From assembly GCA_947643405.1 (NCBI GenBank), contig CANRVY010000002.1, forward strand, positions 10,233 to 74,232: 64,000 nt of DNA. The letters are read 5' to 3'. This DNA comes from an uncultured Mycoplasmatota bacterium (GTDB lineage: Bacteria; Bacillota_I; Bacilli_A; RF39; UBA660). The translations under genes were made by a program, and so were the position numbers. Below the pieces are notes generated by a model. It was not told the DNA's origin, searched no databases, and saw nothing but the letters and a program-made list of their open reading frames with translations. Shown in pieces: positions 31,739 to 40,967 of the stretch (position 1 is its first letter; each line of letters starts with the position of its first letter).

Positions 31739-31966
31739 CTAATCCATATATTTAGTCATTTGTTTCATCATCTGATTTACTTGCTTTTGGCTAGGTGTTC
31801 TTCCCATTCCTGCCATCATTGAGCGTATCATTTGTTCATTAATTGGTGGGTTTTTTTTCATATATTTTTTCATATAATTTCTAGCAATAAAGAAACCTAA
31901 TACTGCACCAGCAATAAAACCACCTAATACTTTTAATATATCTAAGAAAAAGGCTCCCCAGTTCAT
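31739..31966 (-). CDS. yneF: UPF0154 membrane protein YneF
   Basis: 75 aa with one TM, then NPPINEQMIRSMMAGMGRTPSQKQVNQMM, the conserved YneF signature. Confidence 0.8.
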   Translation of the reverse strand: MNWGAFFLDILKVLGGFIAGAVLGFFIARNYMKKYMKKNPPINEQMIRSMMAGMGRTPSQKQVNQMMKQMTKYMD

Positions 31967-32077
31967 AATATTCCTCCTTCTATTATATTGTACTAAAATT
32001 AGAACAAGTTTTCAAGATGATTTAATAAAGTATATGCAAATGAAGAGTTCGTTATTCTAAGTTTATGCTATATTTTG

Positions 32078-32494
32078 CTATTTTTGATACTGATTATTTA
32101 GCCAAAAAAAATCTTCATTTACAAAATCACAAACAAAGATTCTTCTATTATAATAGTTGAAATCTCTTAAAACATTTGGCATATTAATATTTGTTAAAAC
32201 TATGGTACAAGAATAATGCAATTCAATTAATACATAATACTTTTTTTGCTTATTTACAATAACATGCCTATTTTTATCAGACATGATTCGATTTTGATAT
32301 TTCCCTCTAAAATATCGATTTAATAAATTGACATCAAAAGTTTGGCAAAGTGCATCATATAAAGAAAGTCCATAACTAAAATCACTTTTTTTTATTTTCC
32401 ATAAGTTTTCTAATGTTTTATATAGAACAAAACTATTATCTTTATAAACTTCATAAAAATCATTTCTAACAATAAACAGATAGTACTTTCTCAT
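32078..32494 (-). CDS. sirA: SirA-like protein (sporulation inhibitor of replication family)
   Basis: N-terminus MRKYYLFIVRNDFYEVYKDNSFVLYKTL resembles B. subtilis SirA (M.R.YY.YLIK.EF...). The C-terminal CDF....FFWLN is similar. Sits beside yneF/tkt/lexA as sirA (yneE) does in B. subtilis. Confidence 0.55.
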   Translation of the reverse strand: MRKYYLFIVRNDFYEVYKDNSFVLYKTLENLWKIKKSDFSYGLSLYDALCQTFDVNLLNRYFRGKYQNRIMSDKNRHVIVNKQKKYYVLIELHYSCTIVLTNINMPNVLRDFNYYNRRIFVCDFVNEDFFWLNNQYQK

Positions 32495-32544
32495 GATATC
32501 ACCATTGTTATAATATCACGAGAAAATTTACTATTTTGTCGAAA

Positions 32545-32691
32545 TTACTTGGCATTTATAACAATAATATCTTGATACTCCCTTAATTTTTCATCCTCTA
32601 ATTTATCACTTTTTAAGGAGCTTGTATAAGTAACTCCTAACACCATAATAATAAATAATATCATTCCTTTGCTTTTTAACATTTCATTCAT
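32545..32691 (-). CDS. Unannotated 48-aa single-TM peptide, candidate SOS-induced cell-division inhibitor (YneA/SosA analogue)
   Basis: Own translation: MNEMLKSKGMILFIIMVLGVTYTSSLKSDKLEDEKLREYQDIIVINAK. GGAGGA RBS 7-8 nt upstream. Divergent from lexA and driven by a LexA-box promoter. Below the 60-aa cut-off of the ORF track. Confidence 0.55.
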   Translation of the reverse strand: MNEMLKSKGMILFIIMVLGVTYTSSLKSDKLEDEKLREYQDIIVINAK

Positions 32692-32717
32692 ACATAACTC
32701 CTCCTTCTAACATAATT

Positions 32718-32746
32718 ATTATATAACGAACATCAGTTCGTGTCAA
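32718..32746 (-). promoter_or_regulatory. Consensus sigma-A promoter with a perfect LexA (Cheo) box in its spacer
   Basis: Minus strand reads TTGACA-CGAACTGATGTTCGTTA-TATAAT. The 17-nt spacer contains CGAAC-N4-GTTCG (plus-strand coordinates 32727..32740). Confidence 0.75.
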
Positions 32747-32755
32747 TAGTGTTTA

Positions 32756-32795
32756 CGAACAATTGTTTGACTTCTTGATTCTTTTATGATATGAT
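32756..32795 (+). promoter_or_regulatory. lexA promoter with overlapping second LexA box
   Basis: CGAACAATTGTTTG (32756..32769, one mismatch to CGAAC-N4-GTTCG) overlaps the -35 TTGACT (32767..32772). A 17-nt spacer follows, then -10 TATGAT (32790..32795). Confidence 0.7.
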
Positions 32796-32824
32796 GTATA
32801 TGTAATGTAAAAAGGAGGTTTCAT

Positions 32825-33442
32825 ATGAAAGAATTAACCAAACGACAAGAAGAAATTTTAAACTTTATTAAAGAATATATTGTAGCACATGGCTATCCGC
32901 CAACCATTAGAGAGATTTGTAAAGCAATGGATGTTTCTTCTCCTGCAACAGTACATGCTCACCTAAACAATTTAGAATCAAAGGGATTCATTAAAAAGGA
33001 AGACACCAAAAATCGCGCGATTGAACTTTTAGTTCCAAACGAGTTTGATATGAAAGATCCAGAAGTAATTGAAGTTCCTCTTTTAGGAAAAATTACTGCA
33101 GGTAGTCCAATCGAAGCAATTGAGCAACCAAATGAATTTTTTTCATTACCAGCTTACCTGATTCCAAGAAATAAGGAAGTATTTACTTTGTTAGTGAGTG
33201 GGACAAGTATGATTAATGCAGGAATATTAGATGGAGATATTGTAATAGTAGAAAAGAGAAATACAGCACGCAATGGAGAAATCGTAGTGGCTATGACAAG
33301 CGAAAATGAGGTCACTTTAAAAACATTTTATAAAGAAAATGGCTATTTTCGATTACAGCCAGAAAATGATACAATGGAGCCAATTATTTTGGATAATGTT
33401 TTTATACTAGGAAAAGCTATCGGATTATATAGGAAAATATAA
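32825..33442 (+). CDS. lexA: LexA repressor
   Basis: N-terminal wHTH (LTKRQEEILNFIKEY...GYPPTIREI), AG cleavage site (KITAGSP), and S24 peptidase Ser/Lys (SGTSM ... LKTF). Confidence 0.95.
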   Translation: MKELTKRQEEILNFIKEYIVAHGYPPTIREICKAMDVSSPATVHAHLNNLESKGFIKKEDTKNRAIELLVPNEFDMKDPEVIEVPLLGKITAGSPIEAIEQPNEFFSLPAYLIPRNKEVFTLLVSGTSMINAGILDGDIVIVEKRNTARNGEIVVAMTSENEVTLKTFYKENGYFRLQPENDTMEPIILDNVFILGKAIGLYRKI

Positions 33443-33460
33443 AAAGGCATAAATGCCTTT
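33443..33460. terminator. Bidirectional terminator between lexA and tkt
   Basis: AAAGGCAT-AA-ATGCCTTT palindrome flanked by A and T runs. Confidence 0.6.
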
Positions 33461-33466
33461 TTCCTT

Positions 33467-35446
33467 TTATCGAAATAGTGAAATTACTTTCTTTTTTATT
33501 GTTTCATAATCAAATTTACAGAACTCTAAAACTTCATCTTTTGTTCCGCTAGCTCCAAAATGATTTATGGTAATGAGATAATTATCATTATAAACAAATC
33601 CTTCCCATCCAAGTTTAGAACCAGCTTCTATCACAACCGTTCTCACTCCAGATGGCAAAACACTATCTTTATATTGTTTGTCTTGTCTTAGAAAGAGCTC
33701 TCTACATGGCATACTAACGACTCTTAAATCTAAACCATACTCTTTAAATAACTCATCACTTATTTTTAAAGCGGTCATAACTTCGCTTCCAGTCGCTATA
33801 ATAATTCCATGTAAACTATTTTTTTCTTTTCTTAAAATATATCCTCCATATAAAACTCCATTTGGGTTTGTTTCTTTTAAATTATCTACATCAACACGAG
33901 ATAAAATTAAAGAATTTGGATGTCTATTATTTAAAATATAAGCCCAACTACCTATGATTTCAGTTCCGTCAGCTGGTCTAAATACATCGTGATTAGGAAT
34001 AGAACGAAGCATTGCTAGTTGTTCTATTGGTTCATGAGTTGGTCCATCTTGTCCGACATTGACTGCATCATGTGTAAAAATATAAGTAACAGGTAAATTC
34101 ATTAATGCAGACATTCGAATTGCGGGTTTTAGATAATCAGAAAAAGCAAGAAACGTAGAACCAAAAGGGCGGAATCCTGAAAGTGCCATTCCATTTAATA
34201 TTGCTCCCATCGCATGCTCACGTACTCCAAAAAAAATGTTTCTACCAGCTCTATTATTGATACTAAAATCCCCAAGGTCATTTAAATAAGTTTTTGTTGA
34301 GCTTGATAAATCGGCACTGCCGCCTACTAATGTTGGTGCTTCTTTAATAAATTTATTCATAATTCTACCATTACTTGTTCTAGTTGCTTCTTTTGGTTTC
34401 AAATCAAAGTCAATTCCATTTAAGTCGGCTGCTTTTTCTTTACCAAATAAAATATTTAATTTAGATGCATCCCCATCTAATACTTTGTTTACATATTCTC
34501 TATAATTATTTACCCATTCTTCATATTTTTTGTTACTTCTTGATGATATTTTTCCCCTGAAATCAGTTCTTGCGCTTTCATTTACATAGAAAGGGAGATT
34601 AGAAATTCCAAGGCTTGTTTTTAACTGCTCCATGTCCTCTTTTTCTAGTGGTTTTCCATGAACTTCATTAGTACCTGCTAAAGCAGAACCAACTCCGATA
34701 ATTGTTTTAATCTCAATAATAGCTGGTTTCCCACTTTCTTTGGCTTTGGTAATTGCCTTATTGATATCATTTACTACAAGTCCATTTTTTACTGTATCTG
34801 TATACCATCCCATTGCTTTAAAGCGTTCTAATATATTCTCCTTAAATGTAATATCCGTTTTCCCATCTAATGTAATATTATTAGAATCATATAAAATTAT
34901 TAAATTATCTAAGTTTAATGTTCCTGCTAAAGAGGCTGCTTCGTAACTAATGCCTTCCATTAAATCCCCGTCTCCACAGAGTGCATAAATGCGATATTGA
35001 ATTAGCTTTTTGTTTTTAAATTCTTTTTCATTTGGGAATTTATATTTTTCCTCTTGCATTTTTTCAGCAATCGCCATTCCTACTGCTGAAGCAATTCCTT
35101 GACCAAGTGGACCTGTAGACATATCTACTCCTGGAGTAACTCCTACTTCTGGATGTCCTGGAGTTTTGGAACCAATTCTTCTAAACTTCTTCAAATCATC
35201 TATTGATAAATCGTATCCTGCCATATAAAGTGTTGCATATAGTAATGCAGAACCATGCCCTGCTGACATTACAAAACGGTCCCGATTGACCCAATTAGAA
35301 TCACTGGTATTGATATTCATATGATTCGCATATAACGTATAAATAATAGGAGCTGCTCCTAAAACAATTCCAGAATGCCCACTTTTTGCTTCATTAATCA
35401 TATCAATCCCCAAGGTCTTTATATTATTGATTGTTTCTCTTTCCAT
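33467..35446 (-). CDS. tkt: Transketolase
   Basis: GHSG, GDGDLMEG, THDAVNVGQDGPTHEPIEQL; 659 aa. Confidence 0.95.
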   Translation of the reverse strand: MERETINNIKTLGIDMINEAKSGHSGIVLGAAPIIYTLYANHMNINTSDSNWVNRDRFVMSAGHGSALLYATLYMAGYDLSIDDLKKFRRIGSKTPGHPEVGVTPGVDMSTGPLGQGIASAVGMAIAEKMQEEKYKFPNEKEFKNKKLIQYRIYALCGDGDLMEGISYEAASLAGTLNLDNLIILYDSNNITLDGKTDITFKENILERFKAMGWYTDTVKNGLVVNDINKAITKAKESGKPAIIEIKTIIGVGSALAGTNEVHGKPLEKEDMEQLKTSLGISNLPFYVNESARTDFRGKISSRSNKKYEEWVNNYREYVNKVLDGDASKLNILFGKEKAADLNGIDFDLKPKEATRTSNGRIMNKFIKEAPTLVGGSADLSSSTKTYLNDLGDFSINNRAGRNIFFGVREHAMGAILNGMALSGFRPFGSTFLAFSDYLKPAIRMSALMNLPVTYIFTHDAVNVGQDGPTHEPIEQLAMLRSIPNHDVFRPADGTEIIGSWAYILNNRHPNSLILSRVDVDNLKETNPNGVLYGGYILRKEKNSLHGIIIATGSEVMTALKISDELFKEYGLDLRVVSMPCRELFLRQDKQYKDSVLPSGVRTVVIEAGSKLGWEGFVYNDNYLITINHFGASGTKDEVLEFCKFDYETIKKKVISLFR

Positions 35447-35505
35447 CTTTTCACCCTCTTATAGTATCTCCATTATATCAAAAATAGAACCATATTTCTA
35501 TAGTT

Positions 35506-36177
35506 CTATTTTATTTTTACATATTGTTTGAATGTTGTTGGTACTACATCAGCCAATAATTTTTTTCTTTCTTCTCTAAGTTTGGCATTCCTTATGGCAA
35601 TGTTTTCATAATATAGACTTTCTTGGTATGTGATAGCATTTAAATGGCTAACAACTCTTTCTAGCTGGCCTTCTAAAGTATTTTCTAATTCTTGTTGCCT
35701 GCTTTTAGAACATTCTAATTCTTGAGTTAAATCCCCTAATTCTTCTTGATATTTACTTTTTGATTTACCAAATATTTTTTTATAGTCTGACATACATGTA
35801 AAAAGAATCGCTAAATAACCACTTGCGTTCATAAACAAAAATCCATAGTAATAAGGAAATCCAAAAGCAAAACAAAAAAGAGAGTAAAGAACTGCTATAA
35901 TTTCTATTGGAAGAAACATATATATTAAGGTTTGTAAATATTTCTTTACATGATAAAATCGCCCTTTTTGGTAAAGTTCAAAATTGCTAGATATTTGTCC
36001 TAATTCTGTTTCTAATCTTTGGCTTTCTGTTCTTACTTCATCTAATTGTTTTTTTGTTATGGCTCTAGCAGACACAATTCTATTTTTCATTTCTTTTAAA
36101 GACGTAATAGAAAGACTCTGCTCTGTTATGACCGTTTCTATATGTTCTTTTGGTGTTTTTTCTGAATTAGTTGGCAT
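35506..36177 (-). CDS. Hypothetical coiled-coil membrane protein
   Basis: Coiled-coil N- and C-terminal segments flank 2-3 aromatic-rich TM helices. No known motif. Confidence 0.4.
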   Translation of the reverse strand: MPTNSEKTPKEHIETVITEQSLSITSLKEMKNRIVSARAITKKQLDEVRTESQRLETELGQISSNFELYQKGRFYHVKKYLQTLIYMFLPIEIIAVLYSLFCFAFGFPYYYGFLFMNASGYLAILFTCMSDYKKIFGKSKSKYQEELGDLTQELECSKSRQQELENTLEGQLERVVSHLNAITYQESLYYENIAIRNAKLREERKKLLADVVPTTFKQYVKIK

Positions 36178-36811
36178 TTTGACATACTTCCTTTCTTTCT
36201 TCTACTTCTTTTTTAGAATAAATGCATCCACAATAATCTTGTCTATATAATCCATATACTTTTGATAATTCAATTGATCTTTTGTATCCGTTTTTCTTTT
36301 TAAAGTCGGAGTGCAAATAAGTAATTTGGTATTGTTTTTCTAAATAAGATCCAATTTCATTTAATTTTTCTGCTTTTTTATATGGGCTTACTGTTAAAGT
36401 GGTTGTAAAATAATCAAAGTTTTTTTCCTTTGCTATTTTGGCGGTTTCTTCTAGTCTTTGATAGTAACACTTTATACATCTAGCTCCACCTTCTATCTCG
36501 TTTTCTAAACCTTTTGCAATTTCAAAAAAAGCATCAGGATTATAAATTCCTTCCAAAAAATGAATTGGATTTTTTGGTTTTAATTCTTTAATAAGACGTT
36601 TTTGTTCTTCTACTCTTTTTTGATATTCTTCCTTTTCGGTAATATTTGGATTAAAGTAAAAGATAGTAATTTTAAAGTACTCTGATAAATATTCTAACAC
36701 ATAACTACTACATGGAGCACAACAGCTATGTAAAAGTAAAGTTGGAATTTTATTTTCTTTTTGTATTTGTTCTATTATTTTTTCTAATTCTATTTGATAA
36801 TTGATTTTCAT
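36167..36811 (-). CDS. queH: Epoxyqueuosine reductase QueH (DUF208)
   Basis: LLHSCCAPCSSYV and CGCIYS cysteine motifs; about 210 aa. Confidence 0.85.
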   Translation of the reverse strand: MKINYQIELEKIIEQIQKENKIPTLLLHSCCAPCSSYVLEYLSEYFKITIFYFNPNITEKEEYQKRVEEQKRLIKELKPKNPIHFLEGIYNPDAFFEIAKGLENEIEGGARCIKCYYQRLEETAKIAKEKNFDYFTTTLTVSPYKKAEKLNEIGSYLEKQYQITYLHSDFKKKNGYKRSIELSKVYGLYRQDYCGCIYSKKEVEERKEVCQNAN

Positions 36812-36812
36812 A

Positions 36813-37958
36813 TTACATTCCTACAAATGCCATATATGACATAAATAACATAAAAATACCAATCATAATCCAACCATTTATTTTTTCAAATGTTGTAGAA
36901 TGATATTTTACACCAAGGGCAATTGTTATAAGTGTTCCTCCAATTAATCCGCCTATATGGGCCGCATTATCAATTCCACTAATTAGAAATCCTAAAAGAA
37001 GATTCATAATGATTAATGGCAAAAGTTGCGATTTCATTACATTTCCTAGATAAACACGATAATGGTATCCAAAATAAAGCATTGCTCCAAAAAGTCCAAA
37101 AATAGCTCCAGATGCTCCTACACTTGCTCCTGTTGTAAAAAGCATAGACATTAAGTTACCTGCTACTGCACTCACTAAATAGATTGTTAAAAATTTCATT
37201 TTCCCAAAAAAACTTTCTAATTGAGGTCCTAAGATATAAAGGCAGTACATATTACATATCAAATGAAAAACCCCTGCATGCATAAAAGCACTTGTAATAA
37301 GCCTGTAAATTTCACCTGCTCGAATATACTCAGCTATATTTGCACCATAATAAGCAGTCTCATTAATTCCATATAATAATTCAATAAAGAATACAAATGC
37401 ATTAATTGCTATTAGAGAATATGTCACAATTGGTTTTTTCATTTTAAATACCGACTCTATTTTCGCAGAATCTTCTTGATTTTTTTTGTTCAAATCTTCT
37501 GTTATTTTCACAAATAACTCTAACCCTTTTTCTTTAAAATCTGTATCTTCTAAGATCTTAGGAAATTTGTCTTTTACTTCTTTGCAATTTTCTAAATCTT
37601 CCATGTTCTCGATTTCTACTACAGAAACATGTTCAACCATATTTTTAAAATTATTTAAATGAACATTTTCTCCTAAGTTTAAAAAAATACTAAGAGCATC
37701 CATTTTAAAAGAAAATGTTTTTCTTTTTATTCTTCTAATAATTTGTTTTGTTTTAAATAAGTCAAAATTTAGTTGTTCATCATTATGAATATAATTTGAT
37801 ACAATTCGTATAATTTTACAATCACTTTCTAAATTTTCAAGCCAGATTTCATTTTGAGCTCCATGTAAAATAATTGGACTATACCCTTCTTCTGTAATGA
37901 AATAATGAAGTAATCGCATTACTAACTCATCATTTCTGCTGATAATCATTTCTTCCAT
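36813..37958 (-). CDS. Rhomboid-family intramembrane serine protease (GluP-like)
   Basis: GASGAIFGLFGA catalytic Ser motif, downstream AHIGGLIGG His motif, and a cytoplasmic N-domain. Confidence 0.85.
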   Translation of the reverse strand: MEEMIISRNDELVMRLLHYFITEEGYSPIILHGAQNEIWLENLESDCKIIRIVSNYIHNDEQLNFDLFKTKQIIRRIKRKTFSFKMDALSIFLNLGENVHLNNFKNMVEHVSVVEIENMEDLENCKEVKDKFPKILEDTDFKEKGLELFVKITEDLNKKNQEDSAKIESVFKMKKPIVTYSLIAINAFVFFIELLYGINETAYYGANIAEYIRAGEIYRLITSAFMHAGVFHLICNMYCLYILGPQLESFFGKMKFLTIYLVSAVAGNLMSMLFTTGASVGASGAIFGLFGAMLYFGYHYRVYLGNVMKSQLLPLIIMNLLLGFLISGIDNAAHIGGLIGGTLITIALGVKYHSTTFEKINGWIMIGIFMLFMSYMAFVGM

Positions 37959-38040
37959 TTAGATTCCTCCAGTCGTTAAACATTATATCAAAAACGATAT
38001 ATTTGGTCAAAATTGTATATTTTGTTTTATCCCTCATAAA

Positions 38041-38508
38041 ATGGTAATAGGAGGGATTATGAAAAAAATAGCTCTTTTTATAGGTTTATTGTTTCCTTGG
38101 TTTATTAGTAGTTTATTTGCACTAGATACTTCGTTTTATAACGAAATTAATCTTCCTAGGTTTGCTCCAACTCCTATTATATTTGGAGTTGTCTGGCCTA
38201 TTTTATACATTTTGATTGCTTTTAGTAGCTTCATAATTCTTAAAGAATATGGAAAAAAGGAAAAAGAATATAATCACATTTTGTTTTGCAATTATTTATT
38301 CAATCAATTATATCCTTTGTTATTCTTTCAATTCCACTCTTTATTTTTTAGTTTTGTAGATACCGTTGCTCTTCTATTAAGTACTCTATTTTTATACTAT
38401 GAAAGTAAGAGTTTGAATGAAACGAGTTCTAAGCTTCTACTTCCATATTTATTTTGGAATATGTTTGCTATGATTTTAAGTATCACTATTTATTTTATGA
38501 ATCTTTAA
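38041..38508 (+). CDS. tspO: TspO/MBR family tryptophan-rich sensory protein
   Basis: Five-TM, roughly 150-aa protein with P.F.P....F..VW..LY pattern. Likely start MKKIALF. Confidence 0.75.
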   Translation: MVIGGIMKKIALFIGLLFPWFISSLFALDTSFYNEINLPRFAPTPIIFGVVWPILYILIAFSSFIILKEYGKKEKEYNHILFCNYLFNQLYPLLFFQFHSLFFSFVDTVALLLSTLFLYYESKSLNETSSKLLLPYLFWNMFAMILSITIYFMNL

Positions 38509-39388
38509 ATTGTTTTACAATTTTCAGAAATTTTTCTGGTAATTCACTATCAAAGCTCATATATTTCCCTAAGCTAGGATGAACAAATCCTAGTTCTTTT
38601 GCATGTAGGCATTGACCTGACTCATCTATTTTTGGACGTTTCCCATAAACTGGATCATTCACTACAGGATGCCCTATATAATTCATGTGAACACGAATTT
38701 GATGTGTTCTTCCCGTTTCTAATTGAAGTTCAATTAATGTTGCTTTCGTAAATCTTTCTAATACTTTAAAATGAGTAATCGAAGGCTTTCCACCTGATAC
38801 TACTGCCATCTTTTTTCTGTCAGATAGATCTCTACCAATTGGAGCATCAATTGTGCCTGTATCGTGTGGTATTATTCCCCAAACTAAAGCGATATATTTT
38901 CTGTGTGTACTTTTTTCCTCTAATTGTTTTGCTAAAATCTCATGAGCCTGATTATTTTTGGCCACTACTAATAAGCCTGTTGTAAACGCATCGATTCTAT
39001 GAACAATTCCTGGCCGAAATTCCCCATTGATATTACTTAAAGTTTTAGAATGATATAAAAGCGCATTTACCAAAGTACCATGAGTATTACCTGCTGCGGG
39101 ATGGACAACCATTCCGTTTTCTTTATTTACAACAATAATATCAGAATCTTCATATACAATATGAAGTGGAATGTTTTCCGGTTCTGCATTCATTTCTTCT
39201 TCTTTTTGTTCTTCTACTGTAATAACATCTCCCGTTTTTACACTTGCACTATTTTTTACTGGTTTTCCATTCAATAAAATAAATTCTTCTTCAATCATCT
39301 TTTGTATTTTACTGCGGCTTAAATTTAATTTTTCTATCAAATATCCATCAATTCTCTTGGCATTTTCTATTACTTCTATTGTTTCCAT
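38495..39388 (-). CDS. rluD: RluA-family 23S rRNA pseudouridine synthase (RluD-like)
   Basis: S4 domain N-terminus; HRIDAFTTGLLVVAKN catalytic Asp motif; GRTHQIRVH. Confidence 0.9.
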   Translation of the reverse strand: METIEVIENAKRIDGYLIEKLNLSRSKIQKMIEEEFILLNGKPVKNSASVKTGDVITVEEQKEEEMNAEPENIPLHIVYEDSDIIVVNKENGMVVHPAAGNTHGTLVNALLYHSKTLSNINGEFRPGIVHRIDAFTTGLLVVAKNNQAHEILAKQLEEKSTHRKYIALVWGIIPHDTGTIDAPIGRDLSDRKKMAVVSGGKPSITHFKVLERFTKATLIELQLETGRTHQIRVHMNYIGHPVVNDPVYGKRPKIDESGQCLHAKELGFVHPSLGKYMSFDSELPEKFLKIVKQFKDS

Positions 39389-39857
39389 CTTTTTCTCCTT
39401 TCCATAAACTGATAATCGTTAAAAATACTCCAATTACAATTCCAATATCAGCAATATTAAATACTGGAAAATGATAATTGAAAATTGTAAAATCTAAAAA
39501 GTCAATTACATATCCTCTAATAACTCTGTCTATTAAATTTCCAAATATCCCGCCTAATAAAAATCCATAGCTCCATAACTCCAATGTATTTAATGATTTA
39601 TTTTTTATAAAATAAACATAAATAACATAAAGTGCAAGAAAAGACATAATAATCAGAAATACTTGGTTTCCAGAAAACAAACTCCAAGCTGCACCTTCGT
39701 TTCTAACATAGGTTATAGAAAAAAAAGAAGGTATTATCTCAATGCTTTGATTTAATTCTAAAAAACGTTCTAATAATGCTTTTGACATTTGGTCAATGAT
39801 TAAATAAACAGATGAAATAAATACAATCTTTTTTTTCATAGAAATCACCTTTTTCAT
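39348..39857 (-). CDS. lspA: Lipoprotein signal peptidase II
   Basis: NEGAAWS and FNIADIGI motifs; 4 TM. Confidence 0.9.
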   Translation of the reverse strand: MKKVISMKKKIVFISSVYLIIDQMSKALLERFLELNQSIEIIPSFFSITYVRNEGAAWSLFSGNQVFLIIMSFLALYVIYVYFIKNKSLNTLELWSYGFLLGGIFGNLIDRVIRGYVIDFLDFTIFNYHFPVFNIADIGIVIGVFLTIISLWKGEKDGNNRSNRKCQEN

Positions 39858-39894
39858 TATATCAGAATAGAAAGAAAAAGACTAGTGTTAGTCT

Positions 39895-40545
39895 TTAGTT
39901 GCATGTTGCTTTCTCATTCTTATCAATAGAACAACTATATCCATTAAAAAGAATTCCAGCTGTTGCTTCCATTGTACTTTCATTTCCTAAAATAAAAGTT
40001 CCATCTGGGATAAGACCGCCTGACAAAGAAAGCGTTTTTCCATCTCCATAAATACAGCTTTTTCCATCACAAACCACTTCAAAAGGAAGCGTAAGATCAT
40101 TGTCAAGCATTTCATTTAAATAGGTTAATTTAATACTACTAATTATTTGATTCAAAAGAAGCTCCGTGCTATCTCTTTTTGGACTTGCAGTTTCGTATCT
40201 CCAATCATTTATACCGCCAAAGTTGTAGACACTTGTATAACCTAAATCAACTAATTTTTGAGAAGCTTGTTTGCTTCTATTTCCACTTTGACAGTATACT
40301 AAAATTGTTTGATCTTTATCTTTTAGTGTCTCTTTTACTGATTCATCTATTTCATCCAATGGAATATTAATCGCATTTTTGATATAACTGATCTCATATT
40401 CTGCTTTTGTCCTAACATCCAAAATAATTGCTTTTTCATTCATCAAATATTTGGCTTCTGTTGCGCTTATTGTTTTATAGGTTTTATTGCTTCCACACCC
40501 TGTCAATATCAAGCATAATAAACTAACATATAATATTTTTTTCAT
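39895..40545 (-). CDS. Lipoprotein: rhodanese domain plus Cys-containing C-terminal domain
   Basis: Lipobox LILTGCG; rhodanese active-site loop CQSGNRS. The C-terminal about 90 aa are homologous to the C-terminus of 40557..40967. Confidence 0.8.
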   Translation of the reverse strand: MKKILYVSLLCLILTGCGSNKTYKTISATEAKYLMNEKAIILDVRTKAEYEISYIKNAINIPLDEIDESVKETLKDKDQTILVYCQSGNRSKQASQKLVDLGYTSVYNFGGINDWRYETASPKRDSTELLLNQIISSIKLTYLNEMLDNDLTLPFEVVCDGKSCIYGDGKTLSLSGGLIPDGTFILGNESTMEATAGILFNGYSCSIDKNEKATCN

Positions 40546-40556
40546 GTTTTTCTCCT

Positions 40557-40967
40557 TTATTTTTTACATGTAACAATATTCTTATCACTAATAGAACAAG
40601 AATAGTTTTCCATTTTAATATCTGATGTAGGTTCAAAAATTAATGATTCGTCTTTTAACGTAAACGTTCCTGACTTTGGAACAGTTTCTAAATCCAGTTT
40701 TCTTCCTTTACCATATGTACAACCTTCTTTTTCGTTGCAAGTAACTGTAAATGGCAGTTCAATTGGTTCTGGATCTAATTCTGAAAGTTGGTATTCAACC
40801 ATCATTTGACTCATTACTGAATATACATTTTCTTCTGCTTTTTCTTGTTCTTGCGCAATTTTATCTAATGACTCTTGTTCTTTTTCTTTTGGTTTATTTC
40901 CACAACCAGTCAACAGTAAAATTAATAAACTGATACATAATAGTTTTTTCATCTTACCTCTCCTCAC
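40557..40967 (-). CDS. Lipoprotein with the same Cys-containing C-terminal domain
   Basis: Lipobox LLLTGCG (likely start MKKLL). LPFTVTCNEKEGCTYGKGRKL...GTFTL...YSCSI....TC parallels LPFEVVCDGKSCIYGDGKTL...GTFIL...YSCSI....TC in the neighbour. Confidence 0.6.
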   Translation of the reverse strand: MRRGKMKKLLCISLLILLLTGCGNKPKEKEQESLDKIAQEQEKAEENVYSVMSQMMVEYQLSELDPEPIELPFTVTCNEKEGCTYGKGRKLDLETVPKSGTFTLKDESLIFEPTSDIKMENYSCSISDKNIVTCKK

